Below are positions 20,739 through 31,000 of a stretch of DNA of 64,000 nucleotides, in pieces; positions within the stretch are counted from its first letter, which is position 1; every line of letters starts with the position of its first letter. The notes below the pieces were generated by a model. That model was given only the letters and a program-made list of their open reading frames with translations, searched no databases and was not told where the DNA came from. The stretch is from Nostoc sp. DedSLP01 (GTDB taxonomy: Bacteria > Cyanobacteriota > Cyanobacteriia > Cyanobacteriales > Nostocaceae), in NCBI GenBank assembly GCA_034530875.2, contig JAVRCJ020000005.1, positions 64,001 to 128,000 of the forward strand, in the 5' to 3' direction. Both the position numbers and the translations under genes were made by a program.

Positions 20739-23360
20739 ATGACTCCTGTACCCCGCTTAGACTTAAAACCCAAGTTAAAGCGTTCCCTGTCTGTGTGGAA
20801 TCCCTTGGATTATCTGCGCCTTTTGTACTGGGTGTTTTTCTTTCCCCAAGCTTTGCGGTGGTATGTCGATGAGTTCGGAGGTGGGTATATTTCTGAAGAA
20901 GAAATGAATTGGCGAAAAGGATGGGAGTTATTGCGTCAAAATGCTATCCAACGCCAGTTAGTTTTTCAAGGATTATTTTTAACAGTAATTACACCTGTTG
21001 CTATAGGCTTTATTTTTCAAGCTCTAAATGTTCCCGTTAACTGGTTCTATGTAGCGGTAAGCGTAGTGGGAAGCATCGTGGTAGGTGTGGCGGGAGGCGT
21101 GGCGGGAGGCGTGGTATTCGGCGTGGCGGGAGGCGTGGCATTCGGCGTGGCGGGAGGTGTGGCATTCGGCGTGGTGTTCGGCGTGGCGGGAGGCGTGGTG
21201 CTCGGCGTCACAGTAGGCGTGACAGTAGGTGTGGCGGGAGGTGTGGTGAGAAAGGTGGCATTCGGCGTGGCATTCTGCATGGCGGTAGGCGTGGCATTCG
21301 GCGTGGCATTAGGCGTGGCATTCGGTGTGGCATTCGGTGTGGCGGTAGGCATGGCGTTACTGCGTCCAGAAACCTGGCTTATTGGCTCACCTTTAAACTT
21401 ACGAATTATTCAAAACGATAGTTGGCTACTCCCCCGCATCACTCCGCTTCCTCTTCCTAATCTTGTCTGGCGCTTAGAAAATTGGTTGCAAAATGATTGG
21501 GAAATAGGTTTACATAATATCAATGAACTACTCGCATATACCTTACAATTCATTCCTGTTATCCAAGCACTCAACAGAGTACTTGCCAAAATCCCCTCAG
21601 AGGAAATTATTTGGAATGTCTCTCGTCTAGCGGCAGATCCTTTTGATTGGAATATAGTACGTTTTGCTTCAGCTTCTTTAGATGAAACTTTAAAGTTAAG
21701 GTTTATCAAAGGTTTCTTCTCCTTCCCCTTGTTCCTTTTCTTCCCTCGTTCTTGGGGAGAAGGTTTACAGACTCCTTTTAACACAGACACTCGCTTAGAT
21801 ACTTTCGCCCATGCTGCTGCTGCTGGTTTCTGGCATCTGCACGAAAAAGAACCAGCCAGAGCAATAGAGGCTTTTGCTGTAGTGCGTTCTCTTCTCTATG
21901 GCGAGGAAATGTATACCCTTGCCCAAACTCTAGCAGCGTTTCAGAACGCTCAAAAACCAGCCTCCATTGCTGCTATCCAAGTTCCTACTTTTCCACAGAA
22001 ACTGCTTTTACGTCCAGATACCTGGGAAGTTCTAGCTCATCTGCGTCGAGTTGTTGAAGATGTCCAGTTTGTTAACCGCAGCGTCTCACGTTCAGCCAGG
22101 TCTTTAGCTCTCAATCGAGCATTAGGCGAACTGACAAAAATCCTAAATCAAGCCAACACCTTGCCGCAAGCAGAGCAAGGGTTAATCATAGATATCGCTC
22201 AAACTTGGAAAGAAAGCCTTTTACAAATCGCTGGTGAAGTGGGAGAAATTTCCATCACCAAACCTGTGGTTAATCCTTATGTTGTAGGCGACCCCGTTCA
22301 AGGTCATCTCTTTGTTGGGCGAGAAGATATCATCAGACAGTTAGAAGAACTCTGGCTGATGGGTAACCAACTCCAGTCTGTAGTTCTCTACGGTCACAGG
22401 CGTATGGGCAAAACTTCTATTCTGCTTAACGTTGCTAACCGTCTAGGCTCACAGATACAGCTAGCATACGTCAACTTGCTACGTTTGGGAGATAGTCCCC
22501 AAGGTGTCGGTGAGGTGCTGATGGCAATTTGTGATGAAATTTCTCAAACTGTAAAACTTCCACCGCCAGCTGATGCTGATTTATTAAATCTTCCCTACCG
22601 GACTTTTGAGCGTTATTTAAAACAGGTGGAAGCAAAGCTAGAGGGTGGGTTAATCATCGCCTTAGACGAGTTCGAGAAGATTGAAGATTTAATAGAAGCC
22701 AAAAAAATCCCTATGGATTTTATGGGTTTTCTGCGGGGGTTGGTGCAAATGAGTTCTAAAATCGCCTTTGCCTTTGCTGGTTTGCACACCTTGGAGGAAA
22801 TGACAGCAGATTATTTTCAACCTTTCTTTGCCAGCGTCATTCCTATTCATGTTGGCTTTCAAGAACGTGCAGCTACTCGCCAAATTCTGGCGAACCCAGG
22901 TAATGAAGACTTCCCCCTCGACTACATCCCAGAAGCTTTAGATGAAATTTATGCTTTGACACATGGTCAACCATATTTAGTGCAACTCGTGGGTTTTCAG
23001 CTGGTGCGCCGCTACAATGACTTTGTTTTTGAGCAAGGGCGACCTCGTGACCCAGTTTTCACAATACAAGATGTGGAAGCAGTTATCAATGACCCTGAGT
23101 TTTTCCAGCGAGGACGCTACTACTTTGATGGGGTTTGGGGTCAGGCGGCGCGGGGTGCTGAGGGTCAACAGGCAATTGTACGAGTACTTGCACCTCATCC
23201 AGAGGGGCTAAGTCTGGATGCCTTAGCTCAGTCTACAGGGATGAATGACGCTGATTTAGAAAAAGCGTTGAATACTTTGAAGCGTCATGATGTCGTTGAG
23301 GAAACTCAGGGAAAATGGCGGATTATGGTAGAACTGTTTCGCCGCTGGGTTTTACGGTAG
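20739..23360 (+). CDS. Multi-TM glycine-repeat protein with C-terminal STAND/AAA ATPase and wHTH
   Basis: (GVAF/GVAG)n hydrophobic repeats; NPYVVGDPV..FVGRE; Walker A GHRRMGKTS; Walker B IIALDEFE; THGQPYLVQL; ATG at 20739 has a GGAG RBS. Confidence 0.82.
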   Translation: MTPVPRLDLKPKLKRSLSVWNPLDYLRLLYWVFFFPQALRWYVDEFGGGYISEEEMNWRKGWELLRQNAIQRQLVFQGLFLTVITPVAIGFIFQALNVPVNWFYVAVSVVGSIVVGVAGGVAGGVVFGVAGGVAFGVAGGVAFGVVFGVAGGVVLGVTVGVTVGVAGGVVRKVAFGVAFCMAVGVAFGVALGVAFGVAFGVAVGMALLRPETWLIGSPLNLRIIQNDSWLLPRITPLPLPNLVWRLENWLQNDWEIGLHNINELLAYTLQFIPVIQALNRVLAKIPSEEIIWNVSRLAADPFDWNIVRFASASLDETLKLRFIKGFFSFPLFLFFPRSWGEGLQTPFNTDTRLDTFAHAAAAGFWHLHEKEPARAIEAFAVVRSLLYGEEMYTLAQTLAAFQNAQKPASIAAIQVPTFPQKLLLRPDTWEVLAHLRRVVEDVQFVNRSVSRSARSLALNRALGELTKILNQANTLPQAEQGLIIDIAQTWKESLLQIAGEVGEISITKPVVNPYVVGDPVQGHLFVGREDIIRQLEELWLMGNQLQSVVLYGHRRMGKTSILLNVANRLGSQIQLAYVNLLRLGDSPQGVGEVLMAICDEISQTVKLPPPADADLLNLPYRTFERYLKQVEAKLEGGLIIALDEFEKIEDLIEAKKIPMDFMGFLRGLVQMSSKIAFAFAGLHTLEEMTADYFQPFFASVIPIHVGFQERAATRQILANPGNEDFPLDYIPEALDEIYALTHGQPYLVQLVGFQLVRRYNDFVFEQGRPRDPVFTIQDVEAVINDPEFFQRGRYYFDGVWGQAARGAEGQQAIVRVLAPHPEGLSLDALAQSTGMNDADLEKALNTLKRHDVVEETQGKWRIMVELFRRWVLR
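21083..21352 (+). repeat. In-frame 12-nt tandem repeats (ggcgtggcattc / ggcgtggcggga)
   Basis: About 22 degenerate GC-rich units encoding GVAF/GVAG. Confidence 0.9.
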
Positions 23361-23431
23361 GAGGACAATAGACCAATACGGTTCGGTTAAGATAAGAGAC
23401 AGCGATTTATCGCGTCTTTGTGACTATCTAG

Positions 23432-23523
23432 GCGATCGCATTTACTATTTCGGCGACAGCATTTACTATTTCAGCGATCGCATTTACTATTTCGGCGACA
23501 GCATTTACTATTTTTGCGATCGC
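23432..23523. repeat. 21-bp tandem repeat built on HIP1
   Basis: gcgatcgcatttactatttcg / gcgacagcatttactatttca alternating, 4 units plus a terminal gcgatcgc. Confidence 0.9.
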
Positions 23524-23541
23524 AAAAGCTATCCTAACAAC

Positions 23542-24657
23542 CTATCTTCTTAAACTGCGCGGGTCGAGTGCATCTCGCAAGCCGTCACCAAGTAAATTAA
23601 ATGCTAGCACTGTCAAAATAATCAATATAGCCGGCGGCCAAATTAACCAAGGTTGCAAAACCATAATTGAAGCATTACTAGCCAGAGAAAGCATATTGCC
23701 CCAAGAAGGGTCTGGTTGTTGAATGCCCAAACCAATCAGACTCAGTATCGCTTCTGCGCCAATAAAGCTGGGAACTGCCAGAGTCGCAGAAATAATTACA
23801 TAAGTAGCCGTCTGCGGCAAAACATGACGGACAATAATATAAAACGGGTTACCGCCCATTGCCCGCGAAGCCTGCACAAATTCTCGCTCTTTAATTGATA
23901 ATACTTGTCCGCGAATTACCCGCGCTAAACCAGCCCAGCCAATAACTGAAGTAATCACCACAATCAACAAAAATCGCTGGGTACTGCTTAAACCAGGCGG
24001 CAAAACTGCCCCCAAGGTGACCAAAAGATAAATGCTAGGAAAAGTCATTAGTACTTCTGCTAAGCGCATGATGATGCTATCTGTCCAACCTCCGAAGTAG
24101 CCAGAAATTCCACCTATCAGCAAACCGAGAGGAAAGGAAATAGCAACGCCAAAAATGCCGATAAACATACTGATGCGACCGCCATACAACAAGCGACTAA
24201 GTTGGTCGCGGCCTTGGTCATCAGTACCCAAAAGGTTGAATTTTACGCCGTTTGTTGTGCCAAAGAAATGCCAATTCAAGGGAATACCGGGAAAGATGGT
24301 AACTTCATCCCATTTGGGGGGTAGTGGCAAACTTAGCTGCAACAATTTGTATTCTGCACCAGAGACAAATAGACGCAACGGTGAGGGTTTCTTGAAGTCT
24401 ACAATTAATTCGCGATCGCCTGTATCTAAATTTGTCTCTCCCTGAATTGTAGGATAAACATGAGGCCCGATAAACTGCCCCGATCGAGAAACCCAATATA
24501 CCTTAGTTGGTGGCAGCAATGAACCATTAGGCTGTGAGGCATAAGGGTCATAAGGTGCAATAAAATCGGCTGCAATTACTGCTATGTAGAAAATTAACAG
24601 CAAAATTGCCCCGAATCGTGCCAAAGGATTTTTCTTCAGTCGTCGCCACCAATCCAT
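23542..24657 (-). CDS. Peptide ABC transporter permease (DppC/OppC type)
   Basis: LGTDDQGRD, REFVQASRAMG, PSWGNML, GDGLRDALDPR. Confidence 0.93.
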   Translation of the reverse strand: MDWWRRLKKNPLARFGAILLLIFYIAVIAADFIAPYDPYASQPNGSLLPPTKVYWVSRSGQFIGPHVYPTIQGETNLDTGDRELIVDFKKPSPLRLFVSGAEYKLLQLSLPLPPKWDEVTIFPGIPLNWHFFGTTNGVKFNLLGTDDQGRDQLSRLLYGGRISMFIGIFGVAISFPLGLLIGGISGYFGGWTDSIIMRLAEVLMTFPSIYLLVTLGAVLPPGLSSTQRFLLIVVITSVIGWAGLARVIRGQVLSIKEREFVQASRAMGGNPFYIIVRHVLPQTATYVIISATLAVPSFIGAEAILSLIGLGIQQPDPSWGNMLSLASNASIMVLQPWLIWPPAILIILTVLAFNLLGDGLRDALDPRSLRR

Positions 24658-24811
24658 AGTAGTTAAAAGTTATAAATTAGGAGTTATGAGTTATGAAGCT
24701 CTTATTTTAATTCATAATTTATGATTAATAATTCTTAACTCCCCACTCCATATTCCCCATTCCTGTACAGACAATGGTTAACCCTTGTCTGTACCTAATT
24801 ACTCTCCACTT

Positions 24812-25693
24812 TTAACTCTTAACTCTTAACTCCTCTAAATACCGCTGTTGTTCTTCTTGTTGTCTTTCGTGTTCCACAACAAACACATTCGAGTAGAGAT
24901 TAGCTAGAATTTGTTTTCCCTGTTGTGTCAGTGACAGATAATGCAGTCCTTCTTGGATATAGGGATATACTCCATTCCAGTAAAACTTCGCGTAATTCTT
25001 ACGTAAATCGGCAGGAGTTTTATAGCCCAAAACTTTATTCATACCAGTTTCTTCAAATTCATAAAATAAAGAATTAATTTTCTTTAAGTAACGCGGGTCG
25101 CTTAATTGCCCAATCAAATCAGCAGCACGTACCAACCCCGCAAAGCATTTTGTATCTTGGTGATCCTCTGCCGCTGGCACCGGAAATCTAGTTAATTCAA
25201 TATTGCTTTTAATCGCATCGGCATCTATTAACTTGTGGCCGCCAAAACGCTCGTCAATAAATAGCTTTGCTCGATCGACATGATAGGGTGTAAGACTGGC
25301 ATCAGAAGCCCCAGGAGCCAAAGAAATCATTCTGCCATTTTTACCTGTGGCATACAAGCCTGCTGTTTCTCTATCTTGTCGGCAAACTCCTTTAACATAG
25401 CCAATATCATGGCTAACTAAGGAGATGATGAAATGTAGCCAATCTTCACTGGAAACACCACCTTCTCTAATATGTTTGCCACGCAAAATTTCCTGCCCTA
25501 CCAGGGCAACTAAGACAGTATGTTCGACATTATGGTAAAGGGCATCGCTATTGGCAATATTTTCCAGAGCCATGTTACCAGCCCAGGCGATAATGTCTTG
25601 ATAGTCATTTTTGAAGCAGCCATAAGTGCGACGGTAACCTTCTCGAATCTGATTTACAAAGGCATCAATTAAAATTTCAGTGGCATTGAACAT
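24812..25693 (-). CDS. HD-domain metalloprotein (Npun_R2479-like family)
   Basis: YHNVEHT, HDIGY, RAADLIGQLSDP. Confidence 0.85.
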   Translation of the reverse strand: MFNATEILIDAFVNQIREGYRRTYGCFKNDYQDIIAWAGNMALENIANSDALYHNVEHTVLVALVGQEILRGKHIREGGVSSEDWLHFIISLVSHDIGYVKGVCRQDRETAGLYATGKNGRMISLAPGASDASLTPYHVDRAKLFIDERFGGHKLIDADAIKSNIELTRFPVPAAEDHQDTKCFAGLVRAADLIGQLSDPRYLKKINSLFYEFEETGMNKVLGYKTPADLRKNYAKFYWNGVYPYIQEGLHYLSLTQQGKQILANLYSNVFVVEHERQQEEQQRYLEELRVKS

Positions 25694-26020
25694 ATATGTT
25701 TACTCTGGTATCTGAGTGATTTTATTGATTGATAAGCGGGGTTAGGGATTAGGGATGGAGGAGCAGAGGGACGCAGAGGCACAAAGGAAGTTTTAGCAAA
25801 CCTTTCCCTTCTACCCTGAAACGCCCACTCCCCATCCTCTTTTAAATGCCCAATACCTAATGCCCTTGGTCGAATTTTAGACAATGCAGTTTGCTCTTTT
25901 GTAACTCAGGTATAGATGTATATGCTACCTTGACCTATCTTGTATTTCAGGATAAGGTGTGCCTTTGTGCATATACAAACCTGTGAAAAAGATGATAAAT
26001 TACGTGTAACAATCAAAAAC

Positions 26021-26036
26021 TGTATACTAAAGTACA
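26021..26036. promoter_or_regulatory. Candidate NtcA-type box
   Basis: TGTA-tactaaag-TACA (GTA-N8-TAC) in the divergent HD-protein/RND intergenic region. Confidence 0.4.
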
Positions 26037-26486
26037 TTAACGCTTTTGATTTTAGTTAGATAAAGCTGATATAGATTTATCTATAATTTTTTCACTTATA
26101 ACTTGCGATCGACAGCGATCTAAATACATCTACGCTGTGACATACTTCTCAACCAAGTAAAAATGGAAGGTTTAGAGGTGATATGCATAGAGCTAGATAT
26201 GCAGACGGGTAAAATATTCAACTTTCTTTGCAAAGCTGTCTTGTTAGAGTACTAGAGTTTTTAGAGAAGATACTATAAATTCTGTATCTTAAATTACTTA
26301 TTATTTTAATATCTATGCCAGTAATTATTCTGGATAATGCGTATTATTTTGTCATGTCATATACTATAAATTGCAAAAAATATTTACCCTAAAATGCGTC
26401 ATTTTTGATATAAAGTAAATAAATTTCAACTTTTCTTAAAAAAATATTAATACTGGTAAACATACACAGAAAGTTGAGGTGGCACT

Positions 26487-27944
26487 GTGAGCGATGAAGG
26501 TGTTTCAGAAGTTGATGTGCAAGAATGTTTCAGGTCTGAAGATACAAACTTTGGAGACAAATTGAATCGAAAACAGACCAGAACATGGTTGAAACCGTTA
26601 TTATTGGGTACTGGTTTAGGAATAGCGATCGCTTTTGGCGGTATGGCTATACTCAGCGGTCTGTCATCTCGTCAACAAAGCGCAGTTGGAGATAAAAAAA
26701 TCAACCCAGCAATGACGGTCACTTTCGCCACAGTAGAAAATGCCCGTATTCTCCGTACTCTGAAAACCACTGGTACTGTAGCTCCCCGCGATTTAATTCC
26801 GATACTACCTCAGGTCAACGGTCTACAAATTAAAAGCATCCCTCAAGATATTACAGAAGGAGCTTTAGTCAAAAAAGGTCAAGTTTTAGCGATATTAGAT
26901 GATTCCGTACTGCAAAACCAAATTACCCAAGCCAAGGCAGATGTCGACTCAAAACAAGCAGATGTCAATTCCAGACAAGCAGATTTGGCATCAAGACAAG
27001 CAGACTTGATAGCAAATCAGGCAATAGTCCAGCAAAAAAAAGCAGATTTAGCTCAAGCTAAGGCGAGATTAGAGGAAGCAGCCAAGAATTATCAGCGATA
27101 TCAAAAACTCGCCGACTCTGGAACGATTAGCAGGCAAGAACTTGACACTCGTTCTTATGCTGTGAAAACTGCCATAGAAGTTGTGAATCTCAGTCAAGAA
27201 AATGTCCGTAGCGCCCAAGCCACTGTTAGAAGCGCCCAGTCAAACATTACCAATGCCCAAGCCGCCATCAAGAAAGCCAAAGCTGATGTTAACAGTAGTG
27301 TTGCTAGGATGCAACAACTGCAAACTCAGCTAGCACAAACTCTAGTGCGTGCGCCGGTTTCTGGAGTCATCGCCGAGAAACTTGCCAGGGTCGGTGATGT
27401 CACTGGAGTACCGCCACAAACCCAAGTCGGGACTGTGATTGGTGGCACGCAAAAGCTATTTTCAATTATCCAGGATGAGAAACTAGAACTCCAGGCGAAA
27501 GTGCCTGAGACTCAACTAAAACAGGTAAAAATCGCTACATCTGTGCAAATTACTTCTGATATCGAACCGCGAGTGCGATCGCAAGGACGAGTCAGGGAAA
27601 TACAACCACTAATAAACGATCTAAGACGCGAGGCTATAGTCAAAATTGATTTGCCACCAACAACTTCACTCAAACCAGGAATGTTTGCCCGTGCTGCAAT
27701 TACCACTAACTCAGACATGACAATGGTAGTACCGCAAAAAGCAGTACAGTCTCAACCAGATTCCAGCGTAATTGTATTCACCTTATCGGGTGAAGATACA
27801 GTCCGTAGCCAGAAAGTAGAGTTAGGAGATCCCGTTAATGGTGACAAAGTGGAAATTAAGAATGGGTTGCAGTTAGGCGATCGCGTCATCGTTGACGGTG
27901 CAGCTTATCTCAAAGATGGCGACAAAGTACGAGTTGCAAAGTAA
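26487..27944 (+). CDS. RND efflux membrane fusion protein (periplasmic adaptor)
   Basis: TM anchor, lipoyl half-motifs VKKGQVLA and VRAPVSGVI, long alpha-hairpin, LKPGMFARA. Confidence 0.92.
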   Translation: MSDEGVSEVDVQECFRSEDTNFGDKLNRKQTRTWLKPLLLGTGLGIAIAFGGMAILSGLSSRQQSAVGDKKINPAMTVTFATVENARILRTLKTTGTVAPRDLIPILPQVNGLQIKSIPQDITEGALVKKGQVLAILDDSVLQNQITQAKADVDSKQADVNSRQADLASRQADLIANQAIVQQKKADLAQAKARLEEAAKNYQRYQKLADSGTISRQELDTRSYAVKTAIEVVNLSQENVRSAQATVRSAQSNITNAQAAIKKAKADVNSSVARMQQLQTQLAQTLVRAPVSGVIAEKLARVGDVTGVPPQTQVGTVIGGTQKLFSIIQDEKLELQAKVPETQLKQVKIATSVQITSDIEPRVRSQGRVREIQPLINDLRREAIVKIDLPPTTSLKPGMFARAAITTNSDMTMVVPQKAVQSQPDSSVIVFTLSGEDTVRSQKVELGDPVNGDKVEIKNGLQLGDRVIVDGAAYLKDGDKVRVAK

Positions 27945-28002
27945 AAAAGATTTAGGTATGGGGGATTGAACATTGGGCATTGGAGATGAGGAAGAAATAA
28001 CC

Positions 28003-28058
28003 AATGACTAATGACTAATGACTAATGACTAATGACTAATGACTAATGACTAATGACT
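28003..28058. repeat. STRR-type (AATGACT)8
   Basis: Eight perfect heptamers. Confidence 0.95.
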
Positions 28059-28087
28059 AATCCAAAAATCTAAAATCTAAATTTCTG

Positions 28088-31000
28088 ATGTCTTTTAATA
28101 TCTCTGCTTGGTCGATTAAAAAACCTGTTCCCACGATAGTTCTATTTTTAATTTTGACAATATTGGGTTGGTTATCCTTCACGTCTTTGGGGATTGATAC
28201 GAATCCAAATATTGATATACCAACAGTTTCGGTAAAAGTGACTCAACCGGGTGCAGGGCCGACGGAACTGGAATCCCAAGTGACGAAAAAAATTGAAGAT
28301 GCTGTTGCTGGCTTGGGCAATATCGATAGTATGATTTCCAAGGTCAGCGATGGGAATTCTCAAACTACAATCAATTTTGTTCTTGGTACAGATACCGATC
28401 GCGCCACCAATGATGTCCGCAATGCGATCGCTCAAATTCGCCAAGACTTGCCCCAAGACATCAACGACCCAGTTGTGGAACGCTTAGATTTTTCTGGCGG
28501 CCCCATCATTACCTACGCCGTTAAATCCGACCAACGTTCCGTAGAAGAATTAAGCAACCTCGTAGACCAAACCATTAGCCGTGCCTTATTGGGAGTTCCT
28601 GGTGTAGCACAAATTCAGCGTATCGGAGGAGTTGACAGAGAAATTCGCGTTAACCTCTATCCAGACCGCTTAGAATCTCTAGGTATCACTGCCACCCAGG
28701 TAAACGACCAAATCCGGGCTTGGAATATTAATTTACCTGGCGGACGTGCTGAAGTCGGCGGTAGCGAACAAAGTATTCGCACCCTTGGAAGTGCCGCCAA
28801 TGTCGAGAATTTGAAAACTTACGAAATCGTCTTACCAGCAGGTGGTTCTGTACCCTTATCCAGCTTAGGAACTGTAGAAGACAAATTTGGCGATGTGCGC
28901 CAAGCTGCCTATTTAAATAATCAACCAGTAGTAGCTTTCCAGGTCTTGCGTAGTACTGGCAGTGTCCTAGTGAGTGTGGAACAAGGAGTAAAAGCAGCAG
29001 TCCAACAACTGCAAAAAACACTCCCTCCAGATGTGAAGCTGGATTTAATTTTTACTAGAGCCAATATTGTTCGCCAATCATACCAAAGCACCATTGATGA
29101 ATTAATTCAAGCTTCGGTGCTAGCTGTCATTGTTATTTTAGTATTTTTACGTGACTGGCGAGCAACATTGATTACTGCTGTGGCTTTGCCTTTATCGATG
29201 ATTCCCACCTTTGCAGTACAGCAGGCTCTTGGTTATACCCTCAACAACATGACTTTGTTGGCATTAGCGCTGGCAGTAGGCAATTTAGTTGATGATGCCG
29301 TCGTCGAAATTGAAAACATGGAACGGCACATGGCTATGGGTAAATCAGCTTGGGAAGCTGCTTTTGACTCTTCTGATGAAGTGGGATTGGCAGTAATGGC
29401 AAGTTCGGCGACGATTATTGCTGTGTTTTTGCCCGTTGCTTTTATGGGCGGAATTCCAGGGCAATTTTTTCAACCATTTGGTGTTACCGTTGCCGTTTCT
29501 ACAATTTTCTCGACCCTTGTAGCGCGGATGATTACGCCCATGATGGGGGCATATCTTTTACAAGACAAAGAGACAAGCGACAGCACACAGGGACACCAGC
29601 GTAGAGGAGTAATAAAATTTGGGAATTTCAAATTCACACTTCCTGGTAGTAATAATCGCAGCAAAAAAGCCACAAATGGCCGCGGCTTTCAACCTTATAG
29701 ATTGCTGCTCCAGTGGGCGTTACGCCATAGATTGACAACAATGGCGATCGCCTTAGCTTTTTTCCTTGCCAGTGCGATGCTAATTCCTTTGATTCCCAAG
29801 GGTTTTGTCGATGACGGTGACTTCGGAATTTCCATTGTCACTGTAGAACTAGCTCCTGGTTCAACTTTGGCAGATGTTAACAAAGTAGTGACGCAAGCTA
29901 CCGATCTCATCCGTCAAAACCCAATAGTTGAAGGCGTACTAGCAGCCCAAGAAATCAATTCTGCAACTTTGACCATTAATCTCAAACCCCGAGAAGAACG
30001 GGATATTTCCCAAAAACAGTTTGAGGAAGAAGTACGCCCTAAATTTTCGCAAATACCAGGAGCAAGAATTAGCTTTCAAAGTCAATCGCCAGGTGACAGT
30101 CGCAAGGCTTTATCAATTGTCCTCAGAAGTGAAAATCCCCAAGCATTAATTCAAACTGCTGATGCCCTAGAAAAGCAGATGCGAACCATACCTGGATTGG
30201 TGGAAGTCTCTTCAAGTGCGAGTTTGGTGAAACCAGAGATTTTAGTAATTCCTAACCCACAGCGGGCGGCAGATTTAGGGGTAACAGTACAAGCGATCGC
30301 TCGGACTGCTTCCCTGGCTACCATTGGCGACAACGATGCCAATTTAGCAAAATTTAATTTGAGCGATCGGCAAATTCCGATTCGCGTGCAAATCGACCCT
30401 GAAGCTAGGACTGACATTAACACGATCGAAAACCTCCAAGTCCCGACTCAAAATGGCAAATTAGTTCCCCTCATCGCAGTGGCAGATATTCGCTTTGGTA
30501 GCGGCCCTGCTACCATCAACCGCTACGATCGCGCCCGTCAAGTTGCTGTAGAAGCGAATCTACAAGGTATTTCTTTAGGACAAGCAGTAGAAGCGATCGA
30601 CAAACTGCCCGCCATGCAAAACTTACCGCCAGAAGTAGCACAGCAACCTTCAGGCAGTGCCAAAATCATGCGGGACATTTTCGGGCGCTTTGGCAGCGCA
30701 CTAGGGCTGGCAATCATGTCTATCTATGCAATTCTGGTGTTGCTGTATAACAACTTCTTACATCCATTATCAATTATGGCAGCTTTGCCTTTTTGTTTAG
30801 GCGGTGTATTGCTAGCGTTGATGGTTGCCCAAAAACCCTTAGGACTATATGCTCTGATTGGTGTCGTATTGCTATTAGGAATTGTCACCAAAAACTCAAT
30901 TCTGTTAGTAGACTACACCATCATCAACATGCAAGAAGGCAAAAACCAACGTCAAGCGCTAGTAGAAGCAGGCGTATCACGTCTGCGCCCCATTATAATG

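Noticed and set aside
21047..21352. Pro/Thr/Ala-rich ORF (ATPN repeats) on the minus strand
   Set aside because: Antisense shadow of the GVAF repeat tract
23432..23523. Possible mini-CRISPR array
   Set aside because: Units are contiguous tandem copies with no unique spacers, and there are no cas genes
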